Below are positions 1 through 14,226 of a stretch of DNA of 64,000 bases, one piece after another. This DNA comes from Octopus vulgaris (taxonomy: Eukaryota): assembly GCA_951406725.2 (NCBI GenBank), contig OX597823.1, positions 113,646,001 through 113,710,000 of the forward strand, written 5' to 3'. Both the position numbers and the translations under genes were made by a program. The notes under the pieces are model-generated. The model was not told the DNA's origin and did no database searches. It saw only the letters and a list, made by a program, of their open reading frames with translations. Each line of letters begins with the position of its first letter. Position 1 is the first letter of the stretch.

Positions 1-638
1 CATTTGTAAAAGAAAGCTAGTTATTCTGACATTATCAAATACAAAAGAAAACAATGAAAAAACTAAAGATGTAAAAATGAAAATGAAAAGATTTAATCGT
101 GTTCTTATCTATCATGCTCAATTCTTCTTTGCAGGTGTCATAAATTCAAAGATTTTTTTGCCTCTTTCTCCTGTTAACTAGGCTGTTAATATCTTCTTCT
201 GCTGAAAATATATGCTCTAAACTCACAGGGCAAACCTTTGAACTGAGAATTCTCTAGTTTCATAAATTTTTAGTTCACTAAAAGTATCAGTATCATATTT
301 TAATTCCTTGGGTTCCTTAAGTGCATATTGCAGGTCGTATTCCCAATTTTCTAAACTCAATCCAACTATTGTTTTTTCAAATGAACCTTGAATACTGTAT
401 TTGTAGACCCATATTTTTCCAGCTATTTACAATTATCCTATTTCTAATTTGGGTGAAGTCTGTGTGCCATGCGTGTTCACGTTTATGCAGGAGCCATCCT
501 TATAGGGTAGCTCTCGTTTATAGTTACTCTGATTAATAGGGGGCCCTCTTTAACGTATTTGTGTGCAAAGTATTGCTTATATATGCAGGGAGAGAAGGCT
601 TCGTCCCTAACGTTTAAGATGTTGTTTGTTATACATAA

Positions 639-709
<71 letters not shown>

Positions 710-814
710 CTTAGGCTTTGCAATTACAAACACATTACACTACAGAAAATTATAAGCACCGATTTCAATCAAATTGACAAAAAAGAATTCAAAACATGAT
801 TAATATAATCCTTT

Positions 815-2300
815 CTAAGTTGGGTAAAAGGCCTGATATTTTAGGCCCTCTTCAGTGCAAACTGAGTTGTCCAGGACAACGCAGTCCTCCACATCCAGCA
901 ACAGCCAGTCAGAATGAACTAGATGAGCCTTCAAACTTGTAAGAGACCACAGTTGATACAGGTCGGCTGGAGAGTAGAAAGGCAGTAGGAGTCGTTTGCA
1001 TACCACCAGAGATATAGCAGCATGGGAGTTCTGTCCTACATGCTAAACGCCACGAGACCCTGATTGCATGCTGGGAACAGAACAAGCTTCCATGCGATCT
1101 CCGCGATGCTGTCATTATTACACTGTGCAAAACAAAGAGGAAATGTCAGACTGCTTAAACGGCCGGGAGATCACCCTGCTTTCCCTTGTAGGAAAAGTAC
1201 GAGCAAGATAACTCCTCAAAAGACGTGTTCTGTCCATCGCCGAAAATCACCTCACAGAAAGCCAATGTGGTTTCAGAGCCAACAGGGGCGCATCAAATAT
1301 CGTTTCCGTTCTCAGACATCTCCAAGAAAGTACCGAGAGGGAAACAAAACACTTTACGCAACATTTGTCGATCTGACAAAATCATTCTATACTCCGAGCA
1401 GGTGAGGTCTGTGGCAGATCCTAAACCAACTCGGCCGGCCCCCAAAATTTCTAACCATGAACATCGTGCTTCACGATGACCAACAAGATCAGCGACATAT
1501 CAGAGCCATTCCTCATCAACATCGGTGTGAAGCAGCACTGTGTCCTGGCACCAACTCTTTTTAGAATTTTCTTCAGCATGAGGCTCAAGCAGGTTACTGC
1601 AGATCTCGAGGCTGAAGATACCGTTTACATCAGATACAGTCTGGAAGGCGGTCTTTTCAACCTCCGGCGCCTACAGGCCCACACCAAGATCCAAGAGTAA
1701 TTGATCCAGGATCCTCTTTGCAGATGATGTCACACTTGTCGCACACACAGAAAGAGCGCAGCAGCGAATCACATCCTGCTTCGTAGAGGCCGATCAGTAT
1801 TTCGGACTGGAAGTAAGCTTGAAAAAGGCTGAAGTCCTACACCAACCAGCTCCCCAAGAAGAGTGCAGCCCTCCCCACATGACCATTGCTGAAAAAGAAC
1901 TCAACTGAAGTCGGAACAGCAATTTATTTATCTTGGGTGCGAGTATCGTCAAGGAAATTGACAACAGCCTTGCAAAGGTAAACAAAGCATTTGGCAGATT
2001 AACAAGTGTATGTGAAACAACAGGATCAACACAAAAGTCAGCGTCTACAGGGCCGTCGTTTCCATTACGCTCCGGTATGGCTCTGAGTCCTGGGCCCCCT
2101 AATGCTATCATCTCAGGCTCCTCGAACCTTTCCGCTATCGCTGCCTTCGTACCATCTTCAACATTTACTGGAGCGACTACATCACCAAAACTTGAGCAAG
2201 CAAAGGTCACCCGCCTAGAAGCCATTTTACTTAAGACACAACTGCGTTGGGAAGAGCACGTCGACAGGATGAAAGACCACTGCCTACCCAAGATTTCTGA
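815..2300 (+). mobile_element. Decayed RTE-clade (BovB-like) LINE, reverse transcriptase fragment
   Basis: Collinear frameshifted RT motifs: CIPPEI, DLRDAVIITL, TLYATFVDLTKSF, GVKQHCVLAPTLFRIFF, YIRYSLEGGLFNLRRLQAHTK, (L)FADDVTLVAH, FGLEVSLKKAEVLHQP, LKTQLRWEEHVDRMKDHCLPK; multiple stops. Confidence 0.9.
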
Positions 2301-2478
2301 TAGTGGGTTATTCAGTTACGTTGATCAACTACTCCATATTCTATCGACCCCCAAGGTTTAAAATTAAATCTGCAACAGAATATGCACTCACCTACCGAAG
2401 AAATACGGTTTCAACATTTCGTCCGGCATGTTAACAATATTCCAATCTCACCGTTCTGATTACTGATATCATGACATG

Positions 2479-2675
2479 CAACAGGAGTTGCTGAAAGTTT
2501 TCTGGCTTTGTGTAAAATAAAATACAATAGTATCAGTTAGTTATGATTTCTTCAACATATTCCTCTCTCCGATTCACACATTTATCACAGCGGTACTTCA
2601 GTTTTTCTAAGCCCTGTAAAAGAACCAGGCTTTTCGCGACTCCCTGAAAGCTAAGAACTTTCAAGCACCTCATTG
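2479..2675. mobile_element. Short mariner-type MITE-like remnant
   Basis: Imperfect inverted ends gttgctgaaagttttctggcttt / aaagctaagaactttcaagcacc about 200 bp apart. Confidence 0.5.
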
Positions 2676-3394
2676 TAATCTGAAATGATGATACCCTTGA
2701 AAATCAAATATACCTACATATTGAAATAATTTATCTGCTTCAATTTGTTTGGATTCTCTTTACATTGATCGTGCCCTCAACTTTATCTTCCATTGCATAT
2801 CAAGGTTCTTTTTAATGACAACGACTCTCAGCCGATAACCATTTACTATCTTTGCAGGGTCCCCATGTCGTTACGTGCAGATCGCCCTCCAAATCAGAAT
2901 ATCACTAACCAGCTCCGTTTACGTAAGTAGTGTCTAACAAAACGAATTGTTATTTCTCTGATAATTTCATAGTCTATTGTATAATATTTAGTAGCGTATT
3001 TTGGTGGGAAGGAGTTTCCAGAAATATGCAGGTGAAAGGATCTGGCCTAGAGGCTAGAATGTTCTGTTCATAGCATAAGGTTACAAATTCAATTTCTGGA
3101 CCGTTGCCAGACACTTTATTTCATCTTGCTCGTGTCTACTAAGCTGTAATGAGTACCAAGCGTCTATTAAGCGTTTGTCACATCCTGGTTAGTCTGTTGA
3201 GTCAAGGGTGAGAGAAATGATAAGTTACCGACGCCTGCTCGCGACTACATAGGCACCTAAAGCAATCAGCGAAAGCGTGGTACATGTTATCAAGTCATTA
3301 CTCGCTCTCACGCAATGGCAGTCTGCACATGTGTGTGGGTGTGCATTTGTGTGCGTGTGTGTGTTGTACGTGTGTATATGTGTATGCGTGTGTA

Positions 3395-3510
3395 TGTGTG
3401 TGTTTGTGCTTGTCTTCTACCATCGCCCGACAACCGGTGTTGTTGCATTTACGTATCCGTAACTTAGCGATTCGGCAAAATAGTTCGATAGAATTAGTAC
3501 CAGAATCGAT
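3395..3510 (+). mobile_element. SINE family A, 3'-half fragment
   Basis: caaccggtgttgttgcatttacgtatccgtaacttagcgattcggcaaaatag matches 36742-36810. Confidence 0.6.
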
Positions 3511-4132
3511 TTATTCGGTTTATGTCCTGGCAAATTATTCTTACTGAACCTGAATTCCGTTACTCGACGAAAGTTATTAATTTCATAAACTCTGTGAACG
3601 TAGATTACCCTGAAAAATTTATTTGCTGTCCAAGGGCCCCTGTTGTAAATCCTAGTATCAGTTTCTGTAGATACTATCCAGTACTCGAAAAACTTGAAAA
3701 TTTTTAAACACCATTTCTAACCTCAACAGAAAATGTAGTAAGCATTGAAATACAAATAATTTATTCGATACCTTCTCTTAGACAGATCGCATTTATAAAC
3801 TTGCATCATTCACAAAAATATATAGATACTGATGACTTAGCAGCGATGGAATAGAAATACTTTTAACAGGTTTTTAGAAAGCAGGGTTTCATGGAATTAT
3901 TCGAAGTATCAAGTCGCAAATGTACCCAGTATTTATTGTTCTTGTAGAAAACTTTTCCAAAGAGTGCACCAACAACTAAAATTAACATTAAAATGTAGTT
4001 TTAAATTTTTGTTTGCAGAAATGGAATGTTATTCTATTGAAACGAATAAATCTCTCCCAAATTTCATGAAAACATATATTTCATGCTGAGTGCTAATGAT
4101 ACCAGTATGGTGGTGACGTTGGCTGTGTGCTA

Positions 4133-4154
4133 TTGTTGTTGTTGTTGTTGTTGT

Positions 4155-4205
<51 letters not shown>

Positions 4206-4215
4206 CAGCAGCAGC
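4133..4215. repeat. Compound trinucleotide microsatellite (TTG)n(TAG)n(CAG)n
   Basis: Directly visible. Confidence 0.95.
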
Positions 4216-4893
4216 TGAAACAGCGGTATAGAAACTTGCCAAATAAAAGTGTTGGTATAAAGCTTCCACCTCCAAAACTCGTAAGAGTATAGTGTTGAAA
4301 GAAACATGAAACTAGAAAAAGAAAGAAAGAAAGAAAGAAAGAGCGAATGAAAAAGGGAAAGAAAAATTGCATTGAATTTAAAGACTAACAAGAAAAGAAA
4401 AAGAAATAGAAAGAGAGAAAGAATGAAAGAGGAGAATAGGTTGGTTTCTTGAGAATCGATTAAAAACAGACGGATATGGGTGTTTTCCAGAGAATCGACT
4501 AGAAAGGGAGATATAGTGAAAGCATCTTGAATTATCTTACTTTTAACACATTGGTTGTTAGTGCTGACAAGCGGAAATTAAATGTTTGATGGATGAGTTC
4601 GGTCAACACCGTAGCTTGGACCTTTCTATATCAGGAGTTTTTCGTTCGATCATTCCAGAACACACACAGAAAAGTACGGCTCCAATGAAATGATATTATA
4701 TTTTATTTCGGTCTTTCTCTTCTATTAGTTAACACATTCTTAGTATACTAGTATGTAAGTATGCATAGGTGCATATAACATGAAACATTTATACATACAT
4801 ACTTGCACACACATAACTATAAATGTATAAATATAATATATATATTATATAAATATATACATATATATATACATGTATTTATAAAAGCGCGTG

Positions 4894-4943
<50 letters not shown>

Positions 4944-5016
4944 TATATGCATATATAAATATATACGTGGGTGTGTATGTGTGTGTAGGTGTGTAAAATG
5001 AATGTAAACTACGTAC

Positions 5017-5209
5017 CATTCTGTGTACCATCGCAGCAATTTTTCAACGGATTTAATTTGCTTTGGCTTTTCTCCCATTGCCAGTGAATGAATTCCATGA
5101 ATGCATTTTCTGCGTTGCAACCAGAATGGCGTCTATAATTGATCTTCCCGATCGTAGCCATTTGCTGGTTACAAAATACCCATCGCTTCAGCAGAAACTT
5201 CTCGCTTAT
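5017..5209 (-). other. Isolated coding-like island: candidate exon or transposase fragment
   Basis: Higher-complexity 193-nt island between (TA)n tracts; open frame ISEKFLLKRWVF...FMEFIHWQWEKSQSKLNPLKNCCDGTQN bounded by tttataag/ and G/gtacgt. Confidence 0.3.
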
Positions 5210-5249
5210 CTTATAAACACACATAGGCTCTAATGTAAATAAAGTGCAT

Positions 5250-5317
<68 letters not shown>

Positions 5318-5870
5318 TGTATGTATATATATATGGCAAGGGTGAGAAACAGGGAAGCATACGTAGGTTTGTATGCTTGAATGTATGCATCCACAAAAGA
5401 TATGTGGAAGAAGGATAGGATATGTGTCAGAGAGTGATGGAAGGAATTCTTGAGAAAATACAATAAGATTTGTAATATGAAAAATGCCCATTGCGAAATA
5501 CAAAACGGCATGCATTGAATTACAAGATAAAACGTGTAAAGTGGAATAAAAAAAAATAGACAAACAGACATAGAAGAATATATACTTACATATGCGAAAG
5601 TAAGTATACATACGTACTGGCATACATATATGTGTATGTGAAAGTATTTATGTGTGTGTGTAGACGCACACGCGCGCACACACACATACATCAGACTACA
5701 TGTATATATGTATACACACACAGACGCACGAACACATACGGTAAACACATCGTTTATTTGACACATCGCAACACCTCTACATTTACCAGCTCTTCATTTA
5801 TATGTATGTATGCATTTGTAGGCATATATATATATGTGTGTGTGTGTGTGTGTATGTATATATGTATATA

Positions 5871-5929
<59 letters not shown>

Positions 5930-5938
5930 GTGTGTGTG

Positions 5939-5972
<34 letters not shown>

Positions 5973-7206
5973 TACATATATATACACATATACACACACA
6001 TATATATATGCTACCATACATATACATGCATGCATAATATGTATGCTCGTGTGATTGTATACATTTGTATCTATAGAGGCAGGCATGCATTCTTCCATAA
6101 ATGCATACATATACACATGTACACTCTAAAGCAAAGGGGAAGGCGGAGGAGAAATGAAAGAAGAGATGAATGATTCCAGATAAATAGCAATAGAAATATG
6201 GAAGGAAAGCAGGAGATACGGAGATAGAGTTAGAGAGAATATAAGAAAGCGAGAGAGAAAGAAATAAGAAATATGTTCATTTGTGTAGAATAATAAACTA
6301 ACTGCCCTCCATTCGTCAGTGACGGAGTTGCTGCGTTGTATAACTGAAGGACGTCCGAATATCTATTCTGTAGAATTTAATCTAACATGATCCACTGAGA
6401 TTCAGCCTTATGTTGCCCGTGCATAAATAGAACACCATCAATCTGTCAAATGATTCTTCAAGACAGTACTTCCTATATCCCATGGGTCACAATATAGAAA
6501 GTGTTACAAAAGTGTACAAAGGTCTATGCATGTTCAAACACTTACTCACACCATATGAGTCCATATATGTATATGTGTGTGTGTTCGTGAGTGTGTGTAT
6601 ATGTTTGTGTGTAAGTATACGTGTGTGTAAAAAAGAGAGAAGGAATTTGCTATTTATATGACCATATATATACTTTACAGCTATCTATCTATCAATCTAT
6701 CTATCTATCTCTATCTATCTAACCTATCTATCCATATATGAATATATATAGAAGTTTGTGTGAATAAATGTATATATATATGTATACATGTATGTATATA
6801 TATTTGCATGGTCAATACATATGTGACGTATACAAACATAGAAGCATAGAAATATAAGTTGTGCTGCTACACAGTTTTCCACTCATAAGTTGCTGATCAA
6901 CTCAATAAAACACTTGCCCAACTTTTCAAGCATGGGATCTGACCTCGAACATGCAAGTCGCCGAATTGTGAATATCTATTAAGATTTTTATACATTCCCT
7001 TGCACGTAAAGTTTTTTGCCTGCAGAGATCAGTTATGCTTCCACTCAGAATTCAAATTATAAGTCGCTGCCCAATATTACAGCTTGCGATGGCGGGGAAA
7101 ATATAATAAACTATACATAAGCACTCAAACACGGCACACATGCACATACACATAACCCCAAATCTGTATATATATATATATAGGGGAAAAAAATGTACGT
7201 ACGCCG

Positions 7207-7243
<37 letters not shown>

Positions 7244-7248
<5 letters not shown>

Positions 7249-7582
7249 CAAAATGGGAAAAGAATGCAAAACATCCGGACAACTGAGTGATACAAAAAGC
7301 GAAAACAAAACATCCAGATACACGATACAAAAAAAAGGGACGGGTCATTCGAAGCTTTTTATCCTCTGTCAAGAACGGGATCATCCTCGCAATTTCGGCT
7401 GATTAGTCTTGAAATTGCCCCAATCTGGCCAGCCCCAAGGAAAAACTAAGCTAAGAGCATTAGATTCCTGGAAAAAAGCTTCAAATGTATACGAAAATGA
7501 GGACGGAAAAACAGACGATGTTGTCCCTTTTTGTATCACCTAGTTCTCCGGATGTTTTGCGTTCTTGACCCATTTTGTATTA
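7244..7582. mobile_element. TA-embedded element with about 55-bp terminal inverted repeats (MITE-like or inverted PLE end)
   Basis: taatacaaaatggg...catccggacaactgagtgatacaaaaa mirrored by tttttgtatcacctagttctccggatg...cccattttgtatta; (TA)n on both sides. Confidence 0.7.
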
Positions 7583-8373
7583 TATATATATATACAGTTA
7601 GAACCACAAATTTACATAGTGACAAGGGAGATAATTGCGATTTCTCTTTTGTTAGTGTATGAAACATTTAGCTCTTATTTCTAGCAATAAAGGTTGTACC
7701 CAACAACCTCGGTCATGATTAGTGGCAACTGAACTTTTCCGATTTGGTTTTACATTGCATGCAGCTGAACAACTGTGCATTAAGATCGGAAATGTAAGGC
7801 GGTCTCTACCCTGATTGGTACATATTGTGATGAACCACAACTAGCAATATTAATTCCGACCCCACAGAAATGGCTGTTGGACTTATAACACCTTCCTTCC
7901 AACCCTTTCCTTTTCTCATTCGTTTGTAAGTTAGACCTTCTAAAAATGTCTTTATCTTTATAGATGTAAATTCAACATCTGAAAATGTCCACCTTTTGTT
8001 TTCTCTCGAATTGCATGTATACATGTACACATATTGTGAATTAAATAACCAAAGTATTATATTTAATATATTTAATATATTCTATGTATCTAATTTGTTC
8101 ATCCGCATGATTACCTCTATGTCCGCTCATCATGATACCTCACACAATCATTTATTACCTTGCCCAATCGATCTACCGTAAAGACATTAGAGTCGAAGTT
8201 TGAATCTTTTGAGCACTACGAAGTGTCTTCTATACAGAGAATATCTGGATCTAATCTGTGGATTATATATATATATATATATATATGTATACGTATGTTT
8301 ACGTATAACTACACAAATATATGCACGCATACACATGTATGTACATATATACATATATGTATAAATATATGTG

Positions 8374-8430
<57 letters not shown>

Positions 8431-8677
8431 TTATATATATGTATGTATGTTTATCGCGTGAGATTTTATGTGTTTCAGTGTGAAAATGTAATCTCACATG
8501 GAAATTGAATTAGATGAACAAGTCTACGATTTCAGATATATTTCATAGTTAAGCAGAATGTCGAGAATGAATAATTGGGTGTAAATCGAATAATTAAAAA
8601 AAGAGTCATACCTTCCAATATTGAAAAAGACTTATTGAACACACAGAAAGTGAAATGTGGTAAAATATGATATTTTG

Positions 8678-8729
<52 letters not shown>

Positions 8730-8747
8730 GTGTGTGTGTATGTATAT

Positions 8748-8801
<54 letters not shown>

Positions 8802-8809
8802 ATATAGAT

Positions 8810-8864
<55 letters not shown>

Positions 8865-8888
8865 TATACATGTATATATACATGTATA

Positions 8889-8935
<47 letters not shown>

Positions 8936-9969
8936 ATTGCAAGTGTGTGATGTACTTGATACCACTAATGATATTTAACCGAACATCACACATGTAGTTT
9001 ATGTATCTATTTATGAGCTGTATAGAAGCCTACTTTTGGTTAGCTTCTGATTACATGTTCGCTACCACATCCAAGAAGTAGGAACTGAATAAGCCTGACC
9101 TTACACTTTTCTAAAGATAAGCATAGCAATGGGAGAGTGCACGCACTGGTACGAATACACACACATACACACACACAAACATATACGTAATTTATGAATG
9201 ATTTGATAGCGGTATATACTTCAGTGGGAGCTGCAGTGTTATTAATGTAAGGATATACTTGGTATATTTTCGGATTGGTTTGAGATTCCTTCCTGCTACA
9301 CGGTTTCCGAAGAAAAAGTTGCTGAAATTATTGTCTCTTTTGAATGAGAGCAAATGTGAAGCCAGAAATATTGGTGTTGTTATACTGCAGAAACTGGCTA
9401 CACTAGTGTGTATGCCTCAATGGCAGAGTGGTTAGCAGAGGAAGTCAAATGGCACTGGGTTCCGATTAGCTTTGTCACCATAGTGCTGGCGGGCTGTGGA
9501 ATGGTTTTTGTAAGGCGAAACCCAAACTGAATTAAGATTAATTTTAATTGAAGGCCTTTCCCATTTTGGTCAAATTTGGTGCTGTGTTTCATTTTGGTTT
9601 CGGAGAGAGAATTGTGATGTTAGAGTTGATACCAGTGGATATATGAACATTAGGGTTAGTGATAGGTTAGTTAGGCAGCTAAGAGAGTATCACACGGATT
9701 AAAACGTGAATAGATACATGAAGTGATAGATAGTTAGACAAACTAATAGAGAGATTGAGATGTATATATATATAGAGAGAAAGAGAGCGAGAGATAGATG
9801 GATAGATTGACAGACAGATAGATGGATACATACATAGACAGAGAGATACATATATACATATATACATACATTCATACATACGTACATACACACATGCATA
9901 TGTGTTTAAGGAAGCGACATGGAGCGAATCTTTGTTTGAAGTCACTATGCATGTACGTACGTCTGAATG

Positions 9970-9980
9970 AATCTATCTAA

Positions 9981-10029
<49 letters not shown>

Positions 10030-10057
10030 CTATCTATCTGTCTGTCTGTCTATCTGA

Positions 10058-10151
<94 letters not shown>

Positions 10152-10186
10152 CTATCTATGTATCTATTTATCTATCTATCTGTCTG

Positions 10187-10231
<45 letters not shown>

Positions 10232-10310
10232 ATATATATATATCTATCTATTTATCTATCTACCTATCTATCTATCTATCTATGTATGTATCTATTTATC
10301 TATCTATCTG

Positions 10311-10403
<93 letters not shown>

Positions 10404-10480
10404 TTATATATCTATCTGTCTATCTATCTGTCTATCTATCTATCAATCTATGTATCTGTCTGTCTGTCTCTTTGTCAGTC
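9970..10480. repeat. Long (TCTA)n/(TC)n microsatellite
   Basis: Directly visible; source of the SIYL-repeat ORFs. Confidence 0.95.
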
Positions 10481-10551
10481 TGTCTGTTTCTCTGTTGTCC
10501 GTCTATTTGCCTCTCTCTACCTTCTCTCTCCTTCACCTCTCTCTCCCTTTC

Positions 10552-10600
<49 letters not shown>

Positions 10601-10722
10601 TTGTTCATTTATATGCATGGGCATTCACTGACACATTTACACGCGCATGCAGGCAAACAATACATTCACACATGAACAACTACACAAGGACACACATATA
10701 TATGCATATATATATATATATA

Positions 10723-10795
<73 letters not shown>

Positions 10796-11417
10796 GACAA
10801 ACAAAAAAATTTCATATTACTTTCTGCGAGAAATACATATTTTGCCATTGCTTCTACCGAACAAGATAAAAAAAAATGAAACAATACTAAAAACTATGAG
10901 AACAAAAAGATTCTTGATTTTCATCATGACCTCGACAAGATTTCCAATAGTTGCCACCTAATAAACATTATCTGTATAAACCATTTATATTATTTATGTT
11001 ATTTCTTCTTCTACTCGGTTCTGTGATCGGTATCTTCGTCTCGAATATGATACAACTATTCCCTCTGCTTATGATGATTGCCGTTACGTTGATGTTGTGT
11101 ATAACAGATAGTGATATATTTGTTATTTGTGCATACTGCATTGTTATTTGTGTTTTGGTGTCGTTTTTATCCTAGATTCGAATAAAAATAATAAATAAAT
11201 ATCTAAAAATGCTCCGCCATTTTATGTTGCATCTGTCTCCAAAGAAAAATCACCGATAAAGACAAGATTTAGTATTTCTGGCGCCGTCTTTGAAAGAATT
11301 TCGAATGATTACCTAAAAGGCGATTTTGCTTTTATCAAAGGAACTATTCTCGGTGCCAACCGGTCTATATAATATTCTTAACTTTTCAATACTAACATAG
11401 ATGAATATATGCGTGTA

Positions 11418-11467
<50 letters not shown>

Positions 11468-11535
11468 TACATACATACATATAAATATGTGCTCCTTCAT
11501 ATATGTGTATATGTATGAATATAAATACTTATATG

Positions 11536-11595
<60 letters not shown>

Positions 11596-11924
11596 ACGAT
11601 TCATACGAATGTAAAGAATGTAATTTAGTCGGTTACGATTGAAAGAATTTACATTTACATTTGGTAATGCAATCTTCTGTCCAGTTCCGTTTGCCAAACT
11701 AAATTGAGTCCTTTTATTAAGGAAGTACATGTATATTTTTTCATTCACCGTAAGTCTCCATGCATTCATGGTTGGAAGAAAGAAAATATAGTACTTTATT
11801 TTTATTTTATTTCTTTAGAACAGAACTTATGTAATAAAAATAAGAAAACTTCCAGCTAATACAGTTAAAAAAATATACGTAGTCATACGCAATAATAGAT
11901 GTATATACATACACATGCAGAGCT

Positions 11925-11957
<33 letters not shown>

Positions 11958-12002
11958 TAGCAATACAGGGAAAGCGTTGGACGTGATATATGCATGTGAC
12001 TG

Positions 12003-12036
<34 letters not shown>

Positions 12037-12093
12037 AACATATACATATATATACATATATATGCACACACACACACACAGACACACACACAC

Positions 12094-12232
<139 letters not shown>

Positions 12233-12624
12233 TATACATACATATATACAGATAGATATTAAGATAGACAAATCGATTACATAAACAAGTATATTCTTCT
12301 AAAAGCAAATTCACATTATTAGTTTGAGTCGCAATTAAAAGCTAATTTGAGTTAAAATTTAAAGTATTTCAAAATTCGAAATCTTCCGAATGAGAGAAGT
12401 TCCTATCTCGCAAAAGTATTAGAATGTATTCGATATATAATATAAATTGTTCACTCGAAAGAAAAAAAAAATTTTCAGTTGTAAATTCTCGTAGAATGTT
12501 CTGTAGACGACATAAATGAAGAAAGTATTGGGGATATTCCATTCCACTGCTGCCATACGTGTATATGGGAATTTGTGCGAGTTAATTTATGTATCTATAC
12601 ACATATATTTACGCATACATATAC

Positions 12625-12790
12625 GCGCGAACGTAGTTTTGTGGTAAAACGATTGCTTCCTAACCACGCTCTTCCGGGTTCACTCTAGCTGCGTAGCACC
12701 ATAGGCAAGTCCCTTCTACTATGCCCATGGATCGACCAAAGACTTGTGAAATGAATTGATAAAGAGAAATGAAAGAAAGCCGCTGTGTGT
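12625..12790 (+). mobile_element. SINE family A, diverged 5' half
   Basis: gtggtaaaacgattgcttcctaaccac...gggttcactctagctgcgtagcaccataggcaagtcccttctactat aligns with 36505-36650. Confidence 0.7.
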
Positions 12791-12949
12791 TTACAATCCT
12801 AGCCATTCTACAACCTTCTACAGCTCAACTGATGTTAACTCGACTTCATTCTTTTATCGTAGTTGTTTTTCTTCTGTTTCCCCAGCCATAGCATTAACCG
12901 TGTCCTTTGATTCTGCAGCTACGTTTCTTTCTCTTCTGGACCTTCACTT

Positions 12950-14130
12950 CTCCTCATAACCATAGACCTTGAAACTCCTCAAACTCCTCATCGACCGTTT
13001 CCTGATGCTTCCACGTTTGTTTAAACCCTGTACAGTCCTTCATCTTATTATCCCTAACCTTTTCCCTCCAGCTGAAATATACTTAGGTTGCTATCTCTAT
13101 GCATACTTAGATGTACCTGAATTTGCAACAGAAACGAGACTTCGTCCCTGATATGTTAAACTCTTCGTTTTTTACTTCTCGCAATATACGAGACTTTCCA
13201 CAGGGTTGTACAGTTGTGCAGATGAACAAAGAACGATTTCACGTCATTTGTGAAATACTTTTATCTCTCCAGCCATTTCAATTCTATCACCCAGGAAATC
13301 TACAGTAACTTTCTAGACAATTCTCACTGTCAATCACTGCCCTCTATAAACACATCAAGCAGCACTTCTACACCGAAGATTACACCTCAATCGTCAACAA
13401 AAATTTTTGGGCCGTCTCTTACTCTCATTCTATTCGTTCCTGCCTTTTTTGCAGCCGCATCTACGACTATACAAGTTATGCCTGTTTCTTCATTCGACTG
13501 CAATAACCGAATCCTAGTCCAAGCTGATTTAATAGGACCTCCTTAAATTGACCCGACCTCTGCTTTCTTTTTATGATCAGGTCTCATTCAAAACTTCAAC
13601 CAGAATTCTTTCTAACTCTTCACACTTCCTCTCTATTTCAATTTCCTCTGGATATTCAAACTCCTCCAGTCTGACCTTACCACCATTTCCTCTTTCCAAG
13701 TGCTGCCTTTAAATCCTTTAAACGTTCCTGTTACAGTAGCCCTCTCTACTATATTCCGCCCTCTTACCTGGATCATTACACTTACTGGCTTCGTTGTCAA
13801 ACCAATCCTTTCCTCATTATCATCATATCTTCTCAAGATCCAACTATCACACTTTCATCATTTCGAATTCCTTTAACTGCTCTCCCCCAGGCTCATCTAA
13901 GACTTCAAATTCTCCCTTTGCACCGTCTTATATAACATTAAAAAAACAAACTGACCGCCCTTTGTGTGACCGATTCAAGGATTTCTTTCGAGGAAACCAA
14001 ACTAGTGTCTTTCGGTTTTACATTCCAAGGATCACTCTTGATGATATTCTTACTGCATTTGATAGACCTTCGAAATCTAAGCTTCACAGATATTTGTGTT
14101 CTATTTTTACAGCCACTTTCGGATTTATAA
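12950..14130 (+). mobile_element. Highly decayed LINE endonuclease region (CR1-like)
   Basis: C/T-rich strand like 53.3-55.1 kb; residual SRNIRDF...HVICE and SPPGSS(K) resembling APE motifs NIRGL/CET/PPLGSSDH. Confidence 0.4.
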
Positions 14131-14226
14131 TATAAATTCGATATCCTCATCTAACACACTGGATAAAAATACTGAACACAGATACGTACATATATGTTTA
14201 ACTTAAAACCTTCTTCGAGAAATATA

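Noticed and set aside
4217-4250. Hammerhead (GAAACagcgGTA followed by AATAAA)
   Set aside because: Only the 3' half is present, with no CUGANGA or stem II; at most a truncated PLE end
9415-9670. tRNA-like head gcctcaatggcagagtggtta
   Set aside because: B box is degenerate, and there is no second copy or TSD in the window to define an element
9967-10869. 300-aa ORF and the many [12 protein letters not shown] ORFs across the window
   Set aside because: Translations of stop-free (TCTA)n, (TA)n and (CA)n microsatellites
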